From an uncultured Verrucomicrobiae bacterium (GTDB lineage: Bacteria > Verrucomicrobiota > Verrucomicrobiia > Chthoniobacterales > UBA10450), in contig CAWIBO010000003.1 of assembly GCA_963834385.1 (NCBI GenBank), positions 320,001-384,000 of the forward strand: DNA of 64,000 nucleotides. The letters are read 5' to 3'. The position numbers and the translations under genes were made by a program. Shown here piece after piece: positions 9,929-19,977 of this stretch. Position 1 is the stretch's first letter. The number at the start of each line of letters is the position of its first letter. The notes under the pieces are model-generated. The model searched no databases. It was not told the origin of the DNA and worked only from the letters and a program-made list of their open reading frames with translations.

Positions 9929-10930
9929 ATGAAGACTCTCGTTCTGGCGCTGCTCTGCGCCGTTCTCCCCGGCGCGGTGGGCGCGCAAACAGAAGCCGCG
10001 GCCATGCAGGCGATCCGTTACCATTCCTTCGGCGGCCCGGAGGTTCTCAAACTGGAGGAAGTGCCGCGCCCCACACCGGCCGCCGATGAATTGCTCGTGC
10101 GCGTCGCGGCCGCCGGCGTCAATCCGGTGGACGCAAAAGTGCGGTCAGGCGCTTTCAAGCGTGGGGGCGAGAAATTGCCAGCCATCCCGGGTTACGACGT
10201 TTCCGGCGTGGTGGAGGAAATCGGCGCGAAGGTGACCCGGTTCAAAAAGGGCGACCCGGTTTACGCCTATCTGAGCCTCCAGCGCGGCGGCGCCTACGCG
10301 CAGTATGCCATCGTGAAGGAGGAGGAAGCGGCCGCGCGCCCGGCGAAGTTGAGCGACGCGGAAGCGGCGGCGGTGCCGCTGGCGGCCCTGACCGCGTGGC
10401 AGGCGCTGGTGGAAACGGCGAAGCTGCAGAGCGGGCAGAGCGTTCTTATCCACGGGGGTTCCGGCGGGGTCGGCAGTTTTGCCGTCCAGATTGCGAAAGC
10501 GCGCGGCGCAAAAGTTTTCGCCACCGCCTCGACCCGCAACCAGGAAACGCTGAAGAAACTGGGTGCCGACGTTCCCATCGACTACACCACGACGAAATTC
10601 GAGGAGGTGGCAAAGGAAGTCGATGTCGTCCTCGACATGATCTCGGGCGACACCTTGCGTCGTTCCTACGATGTCCTGAAAAAGGGAGGTTTCCTTGTCT
10701 CGATCCTTGGCCCGCCCGACCGGGCGGAGCTGGAGAAGCGCGGTCTTCGCGGCGAAGGAATTTTGGTGCGCCCGAGTGGCGCGATGCTGGGCGAGATTTC
10801 GCAGTTGATCGAGGCCGGGAAGATCGACGTGGTCGTTTCCGAGAAACTGCCGCTGGCCGAGGCGGCCAAAGCGCATCGCCAGATCGAGACTGGCCACACC
10901 CGCGGCAAGATCGTTCTCACCGTTCCCTGA
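9929..10930 (+). CDS. NADP-dependent MDR-family (quinone oxidoreductase-like) oxidoreductase
   Basis: GGPEVL, AAGVNPVD, IHGGSGGVGSFAVQIAK and GHTRGKIVL; start taken at MKTLVLALL. Confidence 0.9.
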   Translation: MKTLVLALLCAVLPGAVGAQTEAAAMQAIRYHSFGGPEVLKLEEVPRPTPAADELLVRVAAAGVNPVDAKVRSGAFKRGGEKLPAIPGYDVSGVVEEIGAKVTRFKKGDPVYAYLSLQRGGAYAQYAIVKEEEAAARPAKLSDAEAAAVPLAALTAWQALVETAKLQSGQSVLIHGGSGGVGSFAVQIAKARGAKVFATASTRNQETLKKLGADVPIDYTTTKFEEVAKEVDVVLDMISGDTLRRSYDVLKKGGFLVSILGPPDRAELEKRGLRGEGILVRPSGAMLGEISQLIEAGKIDVVVSEKLPLAEAAKAHRQIETGHTRGKIVLTVP

Positions 10931-10951
10931 TCCGCGCGCGCGCGGCGAGGA

Positions 10952-11320
10952 TCAGTAGCGGACCTGATACGACCCGCGCGGGACCCCGGCCAGTTTGCGC
11001 AGGCCGTAGGGCATCACGGCATACCAGCGCAGCTTGTCCGGAGCGCGGCGCGGCCGAAAGATGCCGCCTCGCCGCTCGATCCCGCGCCCAAAGGTCCGCT
11101 GACCGACCGGCGCGGGAGCGCGATAATAACTGCCGTCGGCTTCCGTGCGCTCCAGCCGGTAGACGCCCGGTGGAAAATGGAGCGTGGCGCGATGGAACGG
11201 TTTCGTCACCACGATCGCAGTGGGCGCGGTTTCTCCAGCAGGCCGGGTGGAGGCGCAGCCGGCCAGGAGAAGTGCGGCCCCGAAGAGAACGACGAGCCGA
11301 CAGACAGGCGAAGCGGACAT
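10952..11320 (-). CDS. Hypothetical lipoprotein
   Basis: Lipobox LLAGC after a hydrophobic stretch. Confidence 0.6.
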   Translation of the reverse strand: MSASPVCRLVVLFGAALLLAGCASTRPAGETAPTAIVVTKPFHRATLHFPPGVYRLERTEADGSYYRAPAPVGQRTFGRGIERRGGIFRPRRAPDKLRWYAVMPYGLRKLAGVPRGSYQVRY

Positions 11321-11434
11321 CGAACGAAAATGGCGGCATCAACGCGCGGACACAACCCGTTTCCCAGTCCGGACAGTGCCGGCACCCGCGGAGAAAGGCC
11401 TTGCCTTTAATCGCTCGCGGCAAAGGTTTGCGGA

Positions 11435-11827
11435 ATGAAGCGCGTCACCGGGCTGGGCGGGATTTTCTTCAAGAGCGAGGATCCCGATCAGCTGCGCGAG
11501 TGGTATGGCAAACATCTCGGGATCGAGAGCGAGGAATGGGGCGCGATCTTCAAATGGCGCGACCACGAAACGCCCGCGCGCGAGGGTTACACGGTCTGGA
11601 GTCCTTTTGAAAAGGAGACGCATTACTTCGCGCCGAGCGCGAAGCCGTTCATGATCAATTATCGCGTGGAGAACCTGGCCGCGGTCCTCGAGCAGTTGCG
11701 CCAGGAGGGCGTGGCGGTGGACGACAAGACGGAGGAATCGGAATTCGGCAAGTTCGGCTGGGTCATGGATCCGGAGGGGAACCGGATCGAGCTCTGGGAA
11801 CCGCCGGCCACGCCCCCGGCCTCCTGA
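11435..11827 (+). CDS. VOC/glyoxalase family protein
   Basis: MKRVTGLGGIFFK...MINYRV...DPEGNRIELWEP. Confidence 0.9.
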   Translation: MKRVTGLGGIFFKSEDPDQLREWYGKHLGIESEEWGAIFKWRDHETPAREGYTVWSPFEKETHYFAPSAKPFMINYRVENLAAVLEQLRQEGVAVDDKTEESEFGKFGWVMDPEGNRIELWEPPATPPAS

Positions 11828-11829
11828 TT

Positions 11830-12447
11830 GTGGGACGTGTTCGCTCCAGCAAACCGCGCGCTGGGAAAAAACGCGCGGCGCCTGCCGCGAAGAAGCCTCG
11901 CGCGGAGAACGCGCCGGCGTCACCGTTCAAGGAATGGCGGAATCGTTTTGTGCGCGTGGCCGGCCGGCCGGTCAGTTACATCGTGGAGGAACACAGCGAC
12001 CCCGACCGGATTGATCATGTCTGGATCGATGTCGATACGGGCGAGCACGGGCTGGTCCGGATTGCCTTGAACACCTGGTCGCGGATTAGCCGTCGGAGCG
12101 GGTTCGAAGACCGGATGTTTCTCCGCGTGGTCCCGGGCAAATGGGAGGACCTGCCGGCGCCGGGCATCGAGCTGAGCGGCGACCGCACTTACGAGGAGGG
12201 CAAATTCAAACCCATGGCGCCGCGGTCCCTGGAGCAACTGTTTATCGACCGGGCCGGGAAATCGCTCCTGGTGGAAGCCTGGGGCGAACTTTATCTCACG
12301 CCGGCGCCCGGCATTCACCAGGTGCACAGCCGGCGGTCCAGTTGCGCGGTGGAAACAAGCGTGAAAGGCCGCGACGGCGCGGTGCGGTTCTACTTCAAGG
12401 AAGGCAACCGCTCGGAAACGTTCCTCCTCAAGTTCTGCGGCCAGTAA
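11830..12447 (+). CDS. Hypothetical protein, possibly a remote DUF2278/YukJ-like relative
   Basis: Clean ORF directly after the VOC gene; GIHQVH...DGAVRFYF...FLLKFCGQ pattern. Confidence 0.55.
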   Translation: MGRVRSSKPRAGKKRAAPAAKKPRAENAPASPFKEWRNRFVRVAGRPVSYIVEEHSDPDRIDHVWIDVDTGEHGLVRIALNTWSRISRRSGFEDRMFLRVVPGKWEDLPAPGIELSGDRTYEEGKFKPMAPRSLEQLFIDRAGKSLLVEAWGELYLTPAPGIHQVHSRRSSCAVETSVKGRDGAVRFYFKEGNRSETFLLKFCGQ

Positions 12448-12453
12448 AAAAGC

Positions 12454-12855
12454 CTACGGGTCGCCGTGGCTGTTGGCGCGTTTGCGGAAGGTCAGGAAAA
12501 GTCTCGTTTCGTTCGTTGGTTTGGTTACCGCGATGGTGGCCGGCCCTGCAACCACCACGGCATCCCGGGCCTTGGGATCGTCGTGCCGCCCGGCAACCAG
12601 CACGCGCGCCGTCACGCTGTCCCGCGTCACCGTGATGAAATATTCGCCGGAACCATCGTAAACAAAATCAATGATCCGCAGGGTGGCGCCCTCCGGGACG
12701 TTGATTTCAAACTGGTCGTCGGCTGACGACGAGGTCAGGAGACGTGTCTTGAAATGATCCGCGGACGCGGGCGCGACCATGGCCAGGAGCAACGAGCAGC
12801 AGATTGCCAGGGTTCTCACGCGGCTGATTCCATCAGGAAAGAGCGATCCTGACAA
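12454..12855 (-). CDS. Hypothetical secreted protein
   Basis: Signal-peptide-like N-terminus (LAICCSLLLAMVAPASA); lies directly downstream of the TonB receptor; start uncertain. Confidence 0.55.
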   Translation of the reverse strand: MSGSLFPDGISRVRTLAICCSLLLAMVAPASADHFKTRLLTSSSADDQFEINVPEGATLRIIDFVYDGSGEYFITVTRDSVTARVLVAGRHDDPKARDAVVVAGPATIAVTKPTNETRLFLTFRKRANSHGDP

Positions 12856-12871
12856 GCCGCCGGACGCTTAG

Positions 12872-14965
12872 TCAAAAACGGGTGCGCGCCTGCAGCGTGA
12901 GCAGCCGGGGCGAACCGATCTGGGTGAGGCCATCGGCGGTTTTGCCGGTCTCGATTTCGGTGTCGAACAGGTTTTCAATCCGCGCCGCCACGCTCAGGTG
13001 CGGCCCGATCTCGTAATTCATCCCGAGGTCGACCGTGGTGAAACCAGCCAGGCGCCGCGAGTTTTGGTCGTCCTCAAACTGCGCGCCGGTATAACGAACC
13101 TGCGCCTGCGCGGTGAACCGCGCGTCCGGTCGCCATTCCAGGCCCGCCACCGCGACATGTTGCGGCGTTTGCGCGAGGAGATTCCCTTCCAGTCCGTTTT
13201 CCTCCGCCTCCGCAATGGTCGGGCAGGTGAAAATGTAACTGGCCTGCAGGATCAGCGGTCGCGCCACGCGCCAGTTCATCTTCCCTTCCACACCCGGGGC
13301 CAGCACGAGGTCGACATTGCGCCGCTGCCGCAGGACGCCGCCCGCCGGGACAAACCCGCCCGGATCGAACGTGCCGGGGCCGCGCCCGATGGTCACGTTG
13401 CCGATGGCATCCTGCAGCGCGTTGAAAAAACCGACCGCGCTCAGGCGCAGCGGTTCCACCGGTTGCCAGTCCGCCCCCGCCTCGCCGCCGAGCAAGCGCT
13501 CCGGCTCCAGCCCGGCGTTGGCCTCGGTGATGTCGTTGCCCACCCGGAACGGCCGGTAAAGCTCGTTCAAGGTCGGAACCCGGAAACCGGTGTAACCCGC
13601 CCCGCGCAGGGTCAGGTGATCGTTCACCTGCCATTCCGCGCCGGTCCGCCCGTTCAGGCTGACGCCGTCCCGGTCCGGGTAGGTCTGGCGCAGCAAGGCC
13701 GCACCGGTGACACGATCGAACTCGCGGCGCATCCCGTCGAACAATCGCCAGTAATCGAGGCGCGCCCCGCCGACGATCATCGTGGCCGGGGTCGCCTGCC
13801 AGGTTTCCTCGGCAAAAATCCCGAGGAAAAGCTGGCGCCCACCGGCGTTGCGTCCCCGGCTGAACCCGGCGCCGGTCCAGCGAAAGAATTCGTTGGTCTC
13901 GCCTTCCACCCAGCGCAGGTCGCTCCCCAGGGTGAGACGATGGTCGGGAGCGGGCGCCATTTGCCAGACGGCGCTGCCGCCCGCGGCGTTGGCCGGCACA
14001 TCATATTGATCGAGCGCGGGCGTTTCGTTGCGCCGATCGGCGCTGACCGAACTGAAAGTGCTGCGAAATTTTCGGCGCTGAAACCAGCCGGCGACGGCGA
14101 GCTCGGCCTCGAGCCGGGGCAGGCGCAAGGTCAGCAGCGCGCTGGCGTCGTTCCCGGTGGTTTCGTTGCGGGTGAAAACGGTGCCGTTGTTCCGTTCCTC
14201 ATGAAACCGGCGCGCCCGCACCTGCAGCGAGGCTTCTCCGCTGAGCTGGAACCGGCCGGCAAACTGGAGAAGATCGGAATCAACGCCCGCCTCGGTATCG
14301 ATGCGTCCGCGGCGCCCGGCTTCGACCACCGGATAGCCGGCGGTGGAAAATCGTTCGCCGAAAAGGGAGAGCGCGACAGGTCCCTCGACCAGGTCGCCCG
14401 TGGCGGCGACGCCATAAGTCTCCTGGTTGCCCACGGTGGTCTCGAGCATGGCCCCGGTCCGGTCGGGTTGCGCCGAGGAAGCGAAGATGGTGCCGGCGAT
14501 GGCGGCGTTGCCGAAGAGCCCGGCGCCGCCGCCCGACTGCACAATAATGGAGGAGAGCGAGGAAGGGGGGAGCTGATTCCAGAGCACGTAACCGGCGAAC
14601 GGATCGTTCAGCGGGATGCCGTCGAGCAGGACCAGCGTGCGTCCCGCGCCGCTGGGCCCGAAGTTGCGGAGCGTGACCCCTTGCGTGGTCGGGTTGGCCG
14701 CGCGGCTGCTGTTCCGGCGAAACAGGCTGAACCCCGGAATTTCCGCGCGCAGAAGATCGTCGAGGCGCAACTGCGGCGCCTCCTCCAGTTCCTTCTTCTC
14801 GATCACCTGCACCGTGAACGGCGCGCGGGAAGCGTCGTCCGGCAGACGGTCGGCGCGGACCACCACGCGATCGACCGCACTTTGGGCAAGGAGCGGAGCG
14901 GGCAGTCCGACGGCGAGGAGCATGACGGCGCGCACAACGTGCCCATGGGGGAAAAGATGGTTCAC
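12872..14965 (-). CDS. TonB-dependent receptor
   Basis: Signal peptide, TonB-box-like DRVVVRA, plug motif RTLVLLDGIPLNDPF, ENLFD and terminal Phe. Confidence 0.92.
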   Translation of the reverse strand: MNHLFPHGHVVRAVMLLAVGLPAPLLAQSAVDRVVVRADRLPDDASRAPFTVQVIEKKELEEAPQLRLDDLLRAEIPGFSLFRRNSSRAANPTTQGVTLRNFGPSGAGRTLVLLDGIPLNDPFAGYVLWNQLPPSSLSSIIVQSGGGAGLFGNAAIAGTIFASSAQPDRTGAMLETTVGNQETYGVAATGDLVEGPVALSLFGERFSTAGYPVVEAGRRGRIDTEAGVDSDLLQFAGRFQLSGEASLQVRARRFHEERNNGTVFTRNETTGNDASALLTLRLPRLEAELAVAGWFQRRKFRSTFSSVSADRRNETPALDQYDVPANAAGGSAVWQMAPAPDHRLTLGSDLRWVEGETNEFFRWTGAGFSRGRNAGGRQLFLGIFAEETWQATPATMIVGGARLDYWRLFDGMRREFDRVTGAALLRQTYPDRDGVSLNGRTGAEWQVNDHLTLRGAGYTGFRVPTLNELYRPFRVGNDITEANAGLEPERLLGGEAGADWQPVEPLRLSAVGFFNALQDAIGNVTIGRGPGTFDPGGFVPAGGVLRQRRNVDLVLAPGVEGKMNWRVARPLILQASYIFTCPTIAEAEENGLEGNLLAQTPQHVAVAGLEWRPDARFTAQAQVRYTGAQFEDDQNSRRLAGFTTVDLGMNYEIGPHLSVAARIENLFDTEIETGKTADGLTQIGSPRLLTLQARTRF

Positions 14966-14990
14966 AGGACTTTCGGCGCGGCCCGCGCCG

Positions 14991-15062
14991 TGGGCAGTGA
15001 GGGGATCGAACCCCCGACCAACTCGGTGTAAACGAGCCGCTCTACCGCTGAGCTAACTGCCC
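14991..15062 (-). tRNA. tRNA-Val (TAC)
   Basis: Reverse complement GGGCAGTTAGCTCAGCGGTAGAGCGGCTCGTTTACACCGAG...GGTTCGATCCCCTCACTGCCCA folds as a cloverleaf with anticodon TAC; CCA tail not encoded. Confidence 0.95.
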
Positions 15063-15107
15063 GGTGACGCGCCGATTGTCTCGGTCAAAAACCGCCTCCC
15101 GGCAAAC

Positions 15108-15542
15108 AAGATTGAATTTGGAAACCAGGAATCCAGGAAAAGGAATTGAATTAGGAAAGCAGGAAAACAGGAAACAGGATTGAATTTGGAAACTGAAGCA
15201 GGAAGGGGAACAGGAACAAATTTGGAAGCCAGGAATCCAGGAAAGGATGAATCAGGAAGGCAGGAAAACAGGAAACTGGATTGAAATCGATTGGAAACCA
15301 TAGGCCGACCCTTCTTCATCCTGCTTTCCCGGGCTTCCAAATTTTCTTAATCTTAATTCTTAATTCAGGGACCGGCCTCACGCGAAGGCGCTGAGGTCGC
15401 AAAGGATGGAAACCGGAGAGCTAGCTCGCCCTCTCTTCATCCTGCTTTCCTATTTTCCTGATTCAAATTCCTTCCTGGTTTCCTGGCTTCCAAATTCGTT
15501 CCTTCAGCCTTCTTAATTCTTCCTTCTTAATTCATACTTCCT
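15108..15542. repeat. Purine/pyrimidine-skewed GGAA repeat array, copy 1
   Basis: Recurrent GAATTTGGAARCCAGGAA and AATYAGGAARGCAGGAA units followed by their reverse complements. Confidence 0.85.
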
Positions 15543-16445
15543 TCAGATCTGCCCTATCCAGGTTTTCGGGGCGACGTCGTCCCAGCGTTCCCGGATCATT
15601 TCGTAATCGGCCGGCTTGAGCGGCCCGGCCTCGAGCAGTTTCGCGTTGGCCGCCCAGCGCTCCGGGTTTTTTGTGCCAACAATGGCCACGTGCACGCCCG
15701 GGACGCTGAGGGTGAACCGGAGCGCCATGCTGAAGCTTTTTTCCGGGGTGGAAGAATCGAGAAACTCGTAGCCGAGCTTGCGTAACCGGTCCCAGGACTC
15801 GTGCGCGTAGGAGTTTTCCGGTTTATGCCCGGTCTTCCAGGCGGCATTCGCAATCGGACGCTTCGCGATCACCCCCATCTCTTTTACCCGCGCCAGCGGC
15901 AGGGAAAGATCGATCGCTTCCTGGTCGGCGATGTTGATGGAGGTCTGGAGCGCGTCGAACGCCCCGGTCTGCGCGGCGAACCGCGCCGCCTGCGAATCGC
16001 CGCTGTAACCGATGTAACGCGTGTAGCCCCGTTCGCGCGCGGTCTGGAGCGCGGAGATCGCGTCCCCTTTCTCCAGAACCCCTTCCGGACAACTGTGCAA
16101 AAGGACGAGGTCGAGCCGGTCGGTCTGGAGCCGGCGCAGGCTGCGCTGGATCGTTTCCAGGATGGAATCGGGCGTCCAATTGGCCGCGCTCTCCATCCCG
16201 TGCGGATGGCCCACCTTGGAAAAGAGATGAAACTGGTCGCGCCGATGCGAAACGGTTTTGCCGATGAGCTCCTCGCTGTTGCCGTAGCACTCCGCGGTAT
16301 CGATCACGTTGAGGCCGGCATCGAGGGCCGCGTTCAGCAGCCTGGCCACGTCCTTTTCCTCCGCGCCTTCCAGGCCGATCTCGGCGCCGCCAAACCCGAG
16401 CACGGAGACCTGCATATCGGTGCTGCCAAATGTGCGTCGTTCCAT
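15543..16445 (-). CDS. Aldo/keto reductase
   Basis: VSVLGFG, IDTAECYGNSEE, SLRRLQTDRLDLVLLH. Confidence 0.92.
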   Translation of the reverse strand: MERRTFGSTDMQVSVLGFGGAEIGLEGAEEKDVARLLNAALDAGLNVIDTAECYGNSEELIGKTVSHRRDQFHLFSKVGHPHGMESAANWTPDSILETIQRSLRRLQTDRLDLVLLHSCPEGVLEKGDAISALQTARERGYTRYIGYSGDSQAARFAAQTGAFDALQTSINIADQEAIDLSLPLARVKEMGVIAKRPIANAAWKTGHKPENSYAHESWDRLRKLGYEFLDSSTPEKSFSMALRFTLSVPGVHVAIVGTKNPERWAANAKLLEAGPLKPADYEMIRERWDDVAPKTWIGQI

Positions 16446-16449
16446 GGCT

Positions 16450-16765
16450 GAAATTAGGAAGGAAGTGTTAGGAAGGAAGAAGGAAAAATTAAGAATTAAG
16501 AAGGAAGGAATTTGGAAGCCAGGAAACCAGGAAGGAATTTAAATCAGGAAAATAGGAAAGCAGGATGAAGAAGGGTCGGATTACTCCCGGGTTCCAAACA
16601 TCTCTAGTTTCCCGCCTTCTGATTCAACCTTTCCGGTTTCCTGTTTCAAATCATTTCCTCCTTTCCTGATTCAATTCTCCTCTTCCTGGTTTCCAAATTC
16701 AATCCCGTTTCCTGTGTTCCTGCTTTCCTAATTCATTTCCGTTTCCTGGTTTCCTGCTTTCAAAT
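16450..16765. repeat. GGAA repeat array, copy 2, largely an inverted image of copy 1
   Basis: 16501-16579 matches the reverse complement of about 15435-15505; 16689-16733 matches the reverse complement of about 15149-15193. Confidence 0.85.
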
Positions 16766-18267
16766 CATCCTGTTTCCAGGAGGTGTGACAGGAGGAGCGC
16801 GGCGGCGAAGAGGGTGAAGGTCCAGAGGGGCAGAACGAATCGCGGCTGGAACTCGGTCAGGAAACAGGTGCCGAGCAGGACAGCTTCGCCGCTTAAAACG
16901 AACGCTAGCGCGCAGGCGGCGTCGGCCCGCGCCGCCGGCGTCCGGCGGAGCAGAAGAATCGTGGTGAGCGCAATCAGGCCGCCCCCGAGGACCACGCGCA
17001 GGCTGATCGCTTTTCCCCAGCTCAGGTAATGATGACGCCGAAACATCTTCAGGATCGCGGCGGCGTCGCGATCACGAAATGTGCTCAGGCCGGCCGCCTG
17101 CGGCATTGAGCGTGTCCGACCGTAATAATAGGCGGTGGCGCGGAACAGTTGGCGCACGGGGGCCGTCACCGCGAGGCCGTGATACCGCAAAAAATCTTCG
17201 CGCACGAAGGTGAGGAAAAGCGGCGCCGGCGGGAAAAGGAAAGCGGACGTGACCTCGTTCAGGGTCTTGCCCAGTTGGTTTTCGGCGTGCCCGGGCAAGG
17301 CCTGATGAAATTTTTCCAGGAGCGCCAGCACATCGGGACGCCGCCCGGGCGGCGGTTCGCTCCGCAGCACCGACAGAACGCGACGGGCCTCCTCGCTTTC
17401 GACCCGACGGGCGACTTCGTCGATCAGCCGGGCGCGATCGGCCGCGCGCAGCCGGGACAGGAACTGGAGCCGCCACATGAAAGTGACGCCGGCCCGGCTG
17501 TGATATTCGAGCCCGTGCCATCCGGCCAGGCCGCGCGCGGTGAGGTCGGCCGCGATCAGGCTAACCAAACCCAGGGCCCCGGCCAGGAGCGCCTGTCGCA
17601 GACAGCGCCGCGCCGGGCCCGCACGGAACAAGGCCGCGAGAGCGAAGGCGGCGGGCAGGAGGATGACCAGGACGATGTTGATGTGCCGGGTCAGGATCGC
17701 GAGAAACAGAAGCACCCCGAAACCAGCCCAGGCCTGCCACCCCGCCGCGCCCGGCGGTCGCACGAGGCGCAGCGTCGCCACGGCCAGGGCGAGCGTCAGC
17801 AGGAGGCTGAGCGTTTCCGAGCCGACACAATGGGCAAAGGCGTAAAAGAGCGGGTTGGCCGCCGCCGCGAGCGCGAGAAGCAGGCGCACCGGACCGGAGC
17901 GCGAGATGGTGGTGATTGCCCAGAGACTGACGCCGGCCAGGGCGGCGTGTTGTGCGAGCACGAGCAGGAACACCCCGGTGTCGCACAGGATCGGCGCGGT
18001 GAAAAAGGAAGGCCCGGGGAAAGAGAGGGTGTCCGCGCGGAGCGTTTCCCAGGCGTAACCGAGAAAGAGGGGGAACCGCGCCAGCAAACAATACAGCGGC
18101 CCGTAATGGAGGATGGTGGCGAGCCCCGGCGGCGCCGTTACCTGGATGTAAGCGTCCACATCCTTCCAGAGCGGCGGCAGCGTGCCGAGCATCCAGGCCG
18201 AAGGGGCCAGGAGAACGCCGGCCAGGAGCAGGTGCAGGCGGATCGGCGACAAGGAGGGAAGGTTCAC
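16765..18267 (-). CDS. Polytopic membrane protein, possibly GT-C-fold glycosyltransferase-like
   Basis: Many TM segments; acidic KDVDAY motif after the first TM; large extracytoplasmic loop. Confidence 0.55.
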   Translation of the reverse strand: MNLPSLSPIRLHLLLAGVLLAPSAWMLGTLPPLWKDVDAYIQVTAPPGLATILHYGPLYCLLARFPLFLGYAWETLRADTLSFPGPSFFTAPILCDTGVFLLVLAQHAALAGVSLWAITTISRSGPVRLLLALAAAANPLFYAFAHCVGSETLSLLLTLALAVATLRLVRPPGAAGWQAWAGFGVLLFLAILTRHINIVLVILLPAAFALAALFRAGPARRCLRQALLAGALGLVSLIAADLTARGLAGWHGLEYHSRAGVTFMWRLQFLSRLRAADRARLIDEVARRVESEEARRVLSVLRSEPPPGRRPDVLALLEKFHQALPGHAENQLGKTLNEVTSAFLFPPAPLFLTFVREDFLRYHGLAVTAPVRQLFRATAYYYGRTRSMPQAAGLSTFRDRDAAAILKMFRRHHYLSWGKAISLRVVLGGGLIALTTILLLRRTPAARADAACALAFVLSGEAVLLGTCFLTEFQPRFVLPLWTFTLFAAALLLSHLLETG

Positions 18268-18392
18268 CGCGAAAGAAGGGCGGCCGCCCGGAAGGCGGAC
18301 GAAATCAGTCAGTCTTTTCCTTGCCGCGCCTGCAAGCCTTTCTGTAGAAGGAGGCCGTGCGAGACGTTCAAGCCGGCTAGGAAAGGGGAGTC

Positions 18393-19935
18393 ATGACCGC
18401 CGCGCTCGCCATGTTCCTCAGTTTTGTCGCGGTCACGCTGGGCATCACCTGGTGGGCGGCCCGGCGTTCGACCAGCACGGCGGCTTATTTTGCCGCCGGA
18501 CGCCGCATCTCGGGTTGGCAGAATGGGCTGGCGGTTTCCGGCGATTACATGAGCGCGGCCAGTTTCCTCGGCATCGCCGGGATGATCGCCATGAACGGGT
18601 TCGACGGGTTCATGTACTCGGTCGGGTTCCTTGTCGCCTACCTGACCGTGCTGCTGATCGTGGCCGAGCCGCTGCGCAACGCCGGCAAGTACACCATGGC
18701 CGACGTGCTGGCCTACCGGTTACGGCCGCGCCCGGTCCGCGCCTGGGCGTCGCTTTCCACCCTGACCGTGAGCACGTTCTACATGATCGCGCAGATGGTG
18801 GGGGCGGGGACGCTGGTCCGGCAGCTCATCCCGGGGTCAGTTATGAGATGGCGGTCATCGGCGTGGGCGTGCTCATGATTGTCTACGTCGTTTTCGGCGG
18901 GATGCTCGCCACCACCTGGGTCCAGATCATCAAGGCGATCCTGCTTATGAGCGGCAGCATTTTCCTCACGGTGCTCGTCCTGCAACGGTTCGATTTCAGC
19001 CTCGCGAAATTTTTCGCCTCGCTCACCGCGATTTCCTCGACCGAGGGCGGCGCCACCGTGACGCGCAATTTTCTGACGCCCGGGCTGCTTTTTAAAAATC
19101 CGCTCGACCAGATCTCGCTCGGTTTGGCCCTGATTTTCGGGACGCGCGGGGCTTCCGCACATCCTCATCCGGTTTTATACCGTGCCCGACGCCAAGACCG
19201 CCCGGGCCAGCGTCATCTGGGCCATGATCATCATCGGCCTGTTCTATATCATGACGACTTTCTTCGGGTTTGGAGCGGCCAGCCTGCTCGGGCCTGATTA
19301 TCTGCGCGGGCATGGCGGCACCAACATGGCGCGCGCCCGAGCTGGCCCGTTTTCTCGGGGGCGAACTCTTCTTTGCCTTTATCTCCGCGGTCGCTTTCGC
19401 CACCATCCTCGCGGTCGTGGCCGGCCTGACCATCAGCGCCAGCACCAGTTTCGCGCACGATTTTTTCACGAACGTGATTCATCACGGCAAGGAACACCGT
19501 CCGGGCGAGGAAGTGCGCGTGGCTCGGATCACCGCTTTTGCCGTGGGCGCGGCCTCCATCCTCATTGCCATCCTGCTCGGCCCGAAGGTGAACGTCGCGT
19601 TCCTCGTCGGCCTGGCTTTTGCCGTGGCCGCGAGCGCCAACCTGCCCGTGATCGTCTTTTCGATTTTCTGGCGCCGGTTCAACACCATGGGCGCCTGCCT
19701 CGGCCTCGCGGTCGGTCTTTTCTCCAGCATCCTCATCATTGCCGTCAGCCCCGATTTCATGGAGTCACCGCTCTTCCCGCTGCGGAACCCGGGTTTGCTC
19801 AGCATTCCGCTCGGGTTCCTCGGCGCGTTTCTCGGCACCCTGCTGACGCGCGAACCGTCGGCGGCGGAACGCTTCGATGAGCTGACCGTGCGGGCCAACA
19901 CCGGGCTGGGCGCGGAAAAAGCAACCACGGAATAG
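18393..19935 (+). CDS. actP: Cation/acetate symporter ActP-like (sodium:solute symporter family); frameshifts at about 18835, 19145 and 19330
   Basis: [46 protein letters not shown] and [11 protein letters not shown] across successive frames. Confidence 0.85.
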
Positions 19936-19977
19936 GCCAAAGCGCGCGGGGTGATCGCCCGCCCCAAGTCCGTTTCC

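Noticed and set aside
12998..15031. Long antisense ORFs (12998..15031, 39376..41262, 43165..44718, 54971..56440, 7587..8804 and similar)
   Set aside because: Shadow frames of well-supported genes in high-GC DNA; no recognisable motifs.
15053..16542. ORFs 15053..15340 and 16309..16542 (also 30189..30494, 59194..59727, 59847..60179)
   Set aside because: They are translations of the GGAA repeat arrays or antisense overlaps (recurrent FLASWFPNS/QESRK-type peptides), not plausible proteins.
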